Position numbers and translations under genes: made by a program
Notes under the pieces: model-generated
The model's input: only the letters and a program-made list of their open reading frames with translations
Database searches by the model: none
What the model was told of the DNA's origin: nothing
NCBI GenBank assembly: GCA_965205505.1
Contig: CBDBHB010000009.1
Coordinates: 736,001 to 800,000 of the forward strand
DNA from: Acidobacteriota bacterium
Lineage (GTDB): Bacteria > Acidobacteriota > UBA890 > WLXD01
Direction: 5' to 3'
DNA length: 64,000 nucleotides
Part shown: piece by piece, positions 57,730 to 64,000 of the stretch
How the letters are laid out: each line of letters starts with the position of its first letter
Numbering within the stretch: the first letter of the stretch is position 1

Positions 57730-57769
57730 TCGCCACCACCGTGTAGATGGGGCCAACGATGTCGGCCAC
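57730..57769 (-). repeat. Degenerate direct repeat of the acetamidase 3' end (partner at 58462-58501)
   Basis: 34/40 identical by manual alignment; encodes VADIVGPIYTVVA versus VANIVDPIYTVVA. Confidence 0.9.
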
Positions 57770-57788
57770 TGTCTTGGTGACGGTTGCG

Positions 57789-57817
57789 CATCATAAGTAT
57801 GATGAAATATACATACT
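57789..57817. promoter_or_regulatory. TA operator palindromes
   Basis: CATCATA-AG-TATGATG (57789-57804) overlapping AGTATG-N10-CATACT (57796-57817) in an AT-rich patch. Confidence 0.7.
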
Positions 57818-57855
57818 AACTATTCTTATTCCGTGTGCGACCAACTGAGGCTCCC

Positions 57856-58071
57856 ATGCGAAAGAAGCGCATCACGGTAACCGTCGACCCGGATATCGCC
57901 GACTACCTGGACTCGGTGCCCAACAAGAGCCGGGTCGTTTCCGAGGCGGTGCGAAGCTACAGCACTGCAGAGCTCGAGCTCCAGCTCCAAGACGCGTATC
58001 GCAGAGACCACGAGGACGCCTCCCGGCTCGCCGCGGAATGGGAGCCGGCTGACGCCGCGGTCGAGGAATGA
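57856..58071 (+). CDS. Ribbon-helix-helix antitoxin
   Basis: MRKKRITVTVD...NKSRVVSEAV; acidic tail; ATGA overlap with the toxin gene. Confidence 0.82.
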   Translation: MRKKRITVTVDPDIADYLDSVPNKSRVVSEAVRSYSTAELELQLQDAYRRDHEDASRLAAEWEPADAAVEE

Positions 58072-58427
58072 AGCGTGTGCTCGAGCGCGGCGACGTCGTG
58101 CTCGTCAGACTCGATCCCGCCGAAGGTAGGGAGATCCGGAAGACGCGTCCCGCCGTGTTGGTGTCGAACGGCGCCGCGTGTCGTTTCGACGCGGTGCTCC
58201 AGGTGGTCCCGGTGACGGCACTTCGCGATCGGCCCCTCCGGCCTTACGAGGCGCAGCTCGGTTCATCTCAGTGCGGGCTCGCGAAACTTTCTCGTGCGGT
58301 CGCCAATCAGCTTCGAACTGTTACCCGGCAGCGCGTCATCGATCGCCTGGGTAGGCTGACGCCGACGGAGCTCAGAGCAGTGGATCAAGCTGTCTCCATC
58401 CAGCTCGGCCTCTGGCGCGCGCCCTGA
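58068..58427 (+). CDS. mazF: PemK/MazF family endoribonuclease toxin
   Basis: RGDVVLVRLDPAEGREIRKTRPAVLVSN, VVPVT, QLRTV. Confidence 0.93.
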   Translation: MKRVLERGDVVLVRLDPAEGREIRKTRPAVLVSNGAACRFDAVLQVVPVTALRDRPLRPYEAQLGSSQCGLAKLSRAVANQLRTVTRQRVIDRLGRLTPTELRAVDQAVSIQLGLWRAP

Positions 58428-58432
58428 GGAGG

Positions 58433-59407
58433 CTACTTCGGTAGATACCGCTTGGGGAACTTCGCTACTACCGTGTAGATCGGGTCGACGATGTTGGCCA
58501 CCGAGCTCTCGCCGAGCTCTCCGACGAGATGGTACGCGTCCCAGCGGTCGAAGCCGTAGTCGGCTTCGAGCCACTCGATGAGCTCGACGTGGGCGAGCCG
58601 AAACGCATCGATCAGCGGCCGGGCGCTGCCGGCGACCATGATGTACTCGTCGTCCTCGAGCCGAGGCCAGTCGATACCGGTGTCCTTGATCAGGTCGATG
58701 CGCAGCACCACGTCCATCGCCGTCTCCAGCCCGGTGCCGTTGACCTCGCCCTCGCCTTGGCGGGCGTGACCGTCGCCGAAGTAGAAGTACGCGCCTTCGT
58801 GGAACACCGGTAGGTATACGGTGGTTCCCGGGGACACCTCCTGGGCGTCGAGGTTACCGCCGAAGTCGCCCGGCCAGAGGCCGGCGAATGCCTCCTCGCC
58901 ACGCGGGGCCACTGCAACCCGGCCGAGCATCGGCTTGAGGTCGATGGTGATGCCGCCGCTCTCGCTGTTGGGCAGGTCAACGGTGCCGGTCATCGCCTCG
59001 CGATCGAGCCGCCACTCATAGCGCCGAAACGGAATCGGGTCGTTGAGCAGCCGCAGCCGGGAGTCGCTAGCGAGGCCGCCGAAGCCAGGACTTATCTGCG
59101 CCCCCGCAGTGTCCATGTTGGGCATGACCTCGATGATCTCGACGACCAGCGTGTCCCCCGGCTCCGCTCCCTCGACGTAGAACGGGCCCACCTCGCCAGG
59201 GAAAGCCCCGCCGCCCGGCTCGTAGTAGGGGCCGTTGTTGGTGCGCGAGTGCAGCTCGGTGTTCGGCTGTATGAGCAGCACCGGCTCACGCACCGCGAAC
59301 GTCGGGTAACCGACGGTGGGCTCGAAGTGGACGACTTCTTGCCCCAACGCCGTAGCCGGCAACACGATTAGCAGGGCCAATAGGGTGAGCGAGACAGCGT
59401 TACGCAT
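58433..59407 (-). CDS. Acetamidase/formamidase family protein, secreted
   Basis: GPFYVEGAEPGD, PMLG, GGNLD, GDGHARQGEGE..GTGLE. Confidence 0.92.
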   Translation of the reverse strand: MRNAVSLTLLALLIVLPATALGQEVVHFEPTVGYPTFAVREPVLLIQPNTELHSRTNNGPYYEPGGGAFPGEVGPFYVEGAEPGDTLVVEIIEVMPNMDTAGAQISPGFGGLASDSRLRLLNDPIPFRRYEWRLDREAMTGTVDLPNSESGGITIDLKPMLGRVAVAPRGEEAFAGLWPGDFGGNLDAQEVSPGTTVYLPVFHEGAYFYFGDGHARQGEGEVNGTGLETAMDVVLRIDLIKDTGIDWPRLEDDEYIMVAGSARPLIDAFRLAHVELIEWLEADYGFDRWDAYHLVGELGESSVANIVDPIYTVVAKFPKRYLPK

Positions 59408-59478
59408 GGCGTTCTCCGAACGATGACTTGAGGTAGGGCTGCGGCAACGTACGTGGCGCCGAGCGAACAGTCAACAGA

Positions 59479-60683
59479 TCAGCTGCGCTGAGGTCCGATT
59501 GCGGCTCCGGAGCTCAGCATCGCCTCGATCTCGGCCTTGTCGTAGCCAGCCTCGCTCAGCACCTGCCGGGTGTGTTGTCCGAACTGCGGCGCCGGGCCGC
59601 GAACCGACGCGGGGGACTCACTCAGCTTGATCGGAGGCCCGATAGTCGGCACACGACCGGCAGTGGGGTGGTCGACATTCGTGAGCATGCCGCGTGCAAG
59701 GCTCTGCGGGTGATGCAGCGCCTCTCCCACCGAAAGCACCGGCCCTGCGGGTATGCCTGCGGCGCCCAGGGCAGCGAGCCAATCGGCGGCGCCCTGCTGC
59801 TCGAGTCGCTTCTGCACGAGATCCACGAGCACCTGGCGATGCTCGAGCCGACCGGCATTGTCGGCGAAGCGCTCGTCGTCGAGTAGCTCCGGCATTCCGA
59901 GAACCCCCGGGAGTCGCTCCCAATTCGTTTGGGTGGGTGTGCCCAGGGTGATCCAACCGTCGGCGGTGCGGAAGGCCTCGTAGGGTGCCGAAAGCGGATG
60001 CGCACTGCCCATCGGACCAGGGGACTTGCCGGTGGCGAGCGCAATGGCCGCCTGCCAGAGGGTGGTCAGGAGGCCGGCTTCAAACAGCGACGTCTCGACC
60101 TGCTGGCCGCGGCCGGTCTGGTTGCGCCGGTGTAGCGCCGAGACCACGCCAAGGGCTGCGAGGATGCCAGCGCTGATGTCAGTGAGCGGCACGCCGACCT
60201 TCACCGGCGGACGCCCCTCGCCCTCACCGGTGATGCTCATGATGCCCGAGTACCCCTGTGCGACGAGATCCAGGCCACCTTCTTCGGCCATCGGTCCGCT
60301 ACTGCCGTAGCCGGTGATACTGCAGTAGATGAGCTCCGGAAAGTCGGCCTCGAGCGACGCGTAGTCGAGGCCGAGGCGTGCCAGGCTCCCGGGACGATAG
60401 TTCTCGATCAGGACGTCGGCGTCGCCCAGCAGCCGCAGCAATACGTCGCGTCCGTCGGCACTCTTGATGTCGAGCGCGATGCCCCGCTTGTTGCGGTTGA
60501 GCATCAGGAACGCTGCCGCTTCGCCGCCCTGCTCAGGCGGTACGAACTTGCGCGTCGGGTCGCCAGTTGGACGCTCGACCTTCACCACGTCGGCCCCCAG
60601 GTCGGCAAGCATCAAGCCGCACACCGGGCCCCCATGACGTGTGCCAGCTCGATCACGCGGACGCCGTCGAGGGGGCCGCTCAT
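59479..60683 (-). CDS. Family III CoA-transferase (CaiB/BaiF); -1 frameshift at about 60630
   Basis: N-terminus MSGPLDGVRVIELAHVM (ATG 60683) is out of frame with LADLGADVVKVE, NRNKR, ENYRPG; adding one C restores MAGPVC. Confidence 0.88.
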
Positions 60684-61459
60684 CGACCTTCGAACTTCGG
60701 CGTGCGCTTGTCGAGGAACGCTTGAAAGCCGGTACGGTAGTCCTCGGATCCGAAGCATGCGTAGCCTTCGGCGATCTCCACGTCGGTCAGCGGTGCCGGA
60801 TCCTCGAGCCGGCGAATGAACTTCTTGTGCCAGCGATTGACCAGCGGTGCGCGGGTGACGATGAGTTCGGTCAGGGTGGCCACCTCGCTGTCGAGCTGGT
60901 CGTCGGGGACGACACGGCCCACGAGGCCGAGCGCCAGGGCCCGATCGGCGCCGAACACCTCCCCCGACAAGAGGATCTCCGATGCGGCGGCGGGGCCAAC
61001 CGTGCGTTGAAGCAGCGCCAGCTCCCCGTAGGACATGGTCAGGCCGAGCTGGTTCACTGGCACCCCGAAGCGGCTCGATTGTGCGCACACCCGCAGGTCG
61101 CAGGCCAGGGCCACCTCGAGCCCGCCGCCGACGCATACGCCGTGAATCTGGGCGACGGTCGGATGTCGGCAGGTCATGGCCGCCTCAATGCCGGCGAGCT
61201 CGATTTTGCCGTAGGCCGTGGCCCGTTCGATATCGGAGCGCTGCTCGGCGAACTCCGCCACATCGGCCCCGGCGCAGAAGGCTCGATCGCCGGCTCCGCG
61301 CACCACGATGCAGCGCACTTCGTCGTTCGCATCAAGAGCTTTGAACGCCTCGCCCAGCAGGCGCCACGACTCCTTGTCGAGCGCGTTGAGTCGCTCCGGA
61401 CGGTTCAGCGTCACCGTCGCCAGCGGCGTCGTTGCGTCGACCAGGATCTTGTCAGTCAT
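60680..61459 (-). CDS. Enoyl-CoA hydratase/isomerase family protein
   Basis: TLNRPERLNAL, AFCAGAD, GGGLEVALACDLR, AFLDKR. Confidence 0.93.
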   Translation of the reverse strand: MTDKILVDATTPLATVTLNRPERLNALDKESWRLLGEAFKALDANDEVRCIVVRGAGDRAFCAGADVAEFAEQRSDIERATAYGKIELAGIEAAMTCRHPTVAQIHGVCVGGGLEVALACDLRVCAQSSRFGVPVNQLGLTMSYGELALLQRTVGPAAASEILLSGEVFGADRALALGLVGRVVPDDQLDSEVATLTELIVTRAPLVNRWHKKFIRRLEDPAPLTDVEIAEGYACFGSEDYRTGFQAFLDKRTPKFEGR

Positions 61460-61478
61460 GCGGGCCACCGGTTGCGCG

Positions 61479-62768
61479 TCAGGCTGCTCCGAAGAGCAGT
61501 CGCACCAGACTGAGCGGTATGGCGGGAACGTACGTGACCAGAAGCAGCGTTACCAGCAAAGCGCCGACGAACGCGACGTTCACTTTGCTGACCTCCCAGA
61601 TGTCGGCCTTGGCCACCGAGCACGCGGTGACCAGAACCGACGCCACGGGTGGTGTTTGCTGCCCGATCCCCAGATTGAGCGTCACCACTAGCCCGAAGTG
61701 GACCGGGTCGATTCCGACGGCGTGCACCAGGGGCATGACGATCGGTACGACCAGAATGATCGCCGCCGCCGAGTGCAGGAACAGCCCGATGACCAGCAGC
61801 AGCAAGTTGAGCAGCAACAGCACCATCCAGGGGCTGTCGGTAAGCCCGGTGATCCCGGCGGCGAGCTGCTGCGGCACCTGCGCCTGGGTCAGGAAGGTAC
61901 CGAGCAGTGCCGATGTACCGACCAGCAACATGACGACGGCAGTCTGCACGCCACCCTCGAGCATGGCGCTGCGCAGGTGCATCCAGTCGAGCTCGCGATA
62001 GACGAGCCCGCCAATGAGGATCGCTGCTACCACCGCCAGCCCGGCGCCCTCGGTAGCGGTGACGAAGCCGCCGAATATGCCGCCGAGGATGATCGCCGGT
62101 AGCGACAGTGCCCACATCGCGTCACGGAAAGTCTGCCGCAGGCGTCGTAGCTCGAATGCCTCCTCGACCGGGAAGTCGTGGCGGATCGCCATGCCGTAGG
62201 CAATGCCCATCATCAACAACCCGCCGATCAAGCCCGGGATCACCCCGGCGACGAACAGCTCGATTACCGAGGTGCCCGACATCACGGCATACAAGATCAT
62301 CGGGATCGACGGCGGAATGATCACCGCCAACGTCGCCGAGGACGAGGTCACCGCCGCGGCGAACTCACGCGAGTAGCCCTTGCGCTGCATGGCCGGGATG
62401 AGGATCGAGCCCAGCGCCGCCACGTCGGCCACTGCCGATCCGGAAATCTCGGCGAAGAACAGCGAGGCGCCGATCGTCACCATCGCCAGGCCACCTCGAA
62501 CGAAGCCTAGCAATGCCGAGGCGAACGCAACCAGGCGTCGGGAGATGCCCGAGGCGTTCATGATCGCCCCTGCCAGAATGAAGAGTGGAATGGCAATGAG
62601 CGGGAACTTGGTGGTGCCGTCGAACAGCACCAGCGCGACGTTGGGCAGTATCGCCACCCCAGAAGTCGCCAGCATGGCGGCCACTGCCACCACCCCCAGC
62701 GCCACGGCGATCGGCACATTCAGGAGCACCAGCCCCACCAGCCCGACGAGCATCCAAAGCAGCGTCAC
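61479..62768 (-). CDS. dctM: TRAP transporter large permease
   Basis: AIPLFILAG, ISGSAVAD, IIPPSIP, TATE, DPVHFG, TPPV. Confidence 0.95.
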   Translation of the reverse strand: MTLLWMLVGLVGLVLLNVPIAVALGVVAVAAMLATSGVAILPNVALVLFDGTTKFPLIAIPLFILAGAIMNASGISRRLVAFASALLGFVRGGLAMVTIGASLFFAEISGSAVADVAALGSILIPAMQRKGYSREFAAAVTSSSATLAVIIPPSIPMILYAVMSGTSVIELFVAGVIPGLIGGLLMMGIAYGMAIRHDFPVEEAFELRRLRQTFRDAMWALSLPAIILGGIFGGFVTATEGAGLAVVAAILIGGLVYRELDWMHLRSAMLEGGVQTAVVMLLVGTSALLGTFLTQAQVPQQLAAGITGLTDSPWMVLLLLNLLLLVIGLFLHSAAAIILVVPIVMPLVHAVGIDPVHFGLVVTLNLGIGQQTPPVASVLVTACSVAKADIWEVSKVNVAFVGALLVTLLLVTYVPAIPLSLVRLLFGAA

Positions 62769-63292
62769 GGTGCGCCTGCGGCGGACGGGCCAGATGGTGC
62801 CTCGGGTCGCGCCGAGGTGCCGAGCGACCAGGCTTCGGCGGCCGCCGACAGCTCTGCCATCACGAACAGCAGCGCGCCGATCGGTATCACCGACTGACTC
62901 AGTGCCACCGGTACCCACGGCAGCCCAACCAGGTAGGTGCCGGCCAGCGCGCGCACCACCTGGGCGCCCGAAACGGCCACCAGTAAGAAGAAGCCGATCA
63001 CGATGATCTCGCGCAACGCCCAGGCGATTTTCTGTCGGAACGGCGCCAGCCCTTGGATGAGTGTCGGGAAGCCGATGTGGCGCCCGTTCACCGCTGCCAG
63101 TGCGGCACCGTAGTAGGTCAGCCAGGCGAGGAGGATGGATGCCAGCTCGTCGTACCAGGCCAACGCCATGCCCGCCTTGCGGAAGCCCACCCCGAGCAGC
63201 ACGACGATCGCGAGGCTGCCGATGAGCCCGAGCACGATGCTCTCGAGCAGCCGCTGCAGGGCGCCACGCCAGCGCCCCAGATCAGTCGGCAC
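62765..63292 (-). CDS. dctQ: TRAP transporter small permease
   Basis: Four TM segments; WYDELA...WLTYYGAA...HI; lies between dctP and dctM. Confidence 0.88.
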   Translation of the reverse strand: MPTDLGRWRGALQRLLESIVLGLIGSLAIVVLLGVGFRKAGMALAWYDELASILLAWLTYYGAALAAVNGRHIGFPTLIQGLAPFRQKIAWALREIIVIGFFLLVAVSGAQVVRALAGTYLVGLPWVPVALSQSVIPIGALLFVMAELSAAAEAWSLGTSARPEAPSGPSAAGAP

Positions 63293-64000
63293 CGAGTTCC
63301 AAGACCGCGCCCAGGAGCTCGTCGCCGCCCTCGACCTCGGCGGCGAACTCCGCGTAGATTGAACGGCTGGCGCTGCTGAAGGCCTGGCGATCGACGTCGT
63401 TGACCTGTAGCCCGTCGCCGCGGAGCTTGTCCAACAACTCGGCATCGAGGCGGGCGGCGGTCTCGTGCACGAAGAGCTGCATGTCACGCGCGATCCGTGC
63501 CACGTCCTCGCGAACGCCGGTGGGAAGAGCGCCCCAGCGCCCGGAGCCGGTGGTGACGTAGGCGGGAGTGTAGACGTGACCGGTCAACGACAGATACGTC
63601 TGTACCTCCTGGAACTGCTGGCTGTCGATCTGCGTGAGCGGGTTTTCTTGCCCGTCCATCACCCCGGTCTGCAACGCCACGAAGACCTCTGCCATCGGCA
63701 TCGGGCTGGGGTTGGCGCCAAAGGCCTGAAACATCTTCACCCGCCACAGGCCCCGCGGTGTGCGCAGCTTGATGCCGCGCAGATCGTCGGGTGTGTACAC
63801 CGGGCGCACGTTGCTGGTGACGTGGCGAAATCCGTTCTCCCACACCGCCAGGATCTCGAAACCGTGTCGCTGCGCCTGCGGGGCCAGCCGATCCCAGAAC
63901 ACCGCTGCTTCGATCTGACGCATGTGCTGGCGATCGCGCACCAGGTAGGGCAACTCGAACAGACCGAAGACGGCCACATTCGATGACATCACCGTCGACG
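63282..64000 (-). CDS. dctP: TRAP substrate-binding protein, 5' part outside the window
   Basis: ENGFRH, GIKLRTP, ALQTGVMDGQENP. Confidence 0.92.
   Translation of the reverse strand, partial: STVMSSNVAVFGLFELPYLVRDRQHMRQIEAAVFWDRLAPQAQRHGFEILAVWENGFRHVTSNVRPVYTPDDLRGIKLRTPRGLWRVKMFQAFGANPSPMPMAEVFVALQTGVMDGQENPLTQIDSQQFQEVQTYLSLTGHVYTPAYVTTGSGRWGALPTGVREDVARIARDMQLFVHETAARLDAELLDKLRGDGLQVNDVDRQAFSSASRSIYAEFAAEVEGGDELLGAVLELGAD

Noticed and set aside
11515-58427. Sec readthrough at other TGA-ending genes (MOSC, PhoU, AEC, qor, mazF and others)
   Set aside because: Each appears to end at the family's normal C-terminus, with no Cys-aligned position or conserved-looking extension.
1-64000. CRISPR array, tRNA, rRNA, IS element, integrase or prophage
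   Set aside because: No regularly spaced repeats, cloverleaf signatures, or transposase, recombinase or phage motifs were recognised by eye.

Overview
GC-rich bacterial chromosomal segment, probably Acidobacteriota (inferred from the PadR + ADOP-type duplicated permease pair and the many secreted beta-propeller and peptidase genes). It holds about 50 genes, mostly secreted or periplasmic hydrolases and oxidoreductases (3 DUF885 proteins, 3 PQQ-type propellers, S9, M19 and S45 peptidases, amidohydrolase, sulfatase, VPS10-like, FG-GAP, choice-of-anchor B), transporters (ABC, Na/Pi, AEC, TRAP) and two type II toxin-antitoxin modules. I saw no rRNA, tRNA, CRISPR array, integrase or transposase. 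Main observations: (1) a radical SAM gene whose apparent stop is a Cys-UGA followed by AEP and a SECIS-like hairpin, so it is probably a CUAEP-tail selenoprotein; it is divergent from a pirin gene, and the two leaders share an inverted 13-14 nt motif. (2) A mazEF-like module is bracketed by two diverged copies of the 3' end of the neighbouring acetamidase gene, which looks like gene-restoring integration of a recombinase-free TA cassette. (3) Gene stubs and deletion scars are dense (kinase, spermidine dehydrogenase, pseudopilin, heme peroxidase, Rieske-like, cytochrome c peroxidase, orphan signal peptides), with five further disrupted genes; some of the single-base lesions may be sequencing errors. 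All family calls come from motif recognition by eye, not from database searches.
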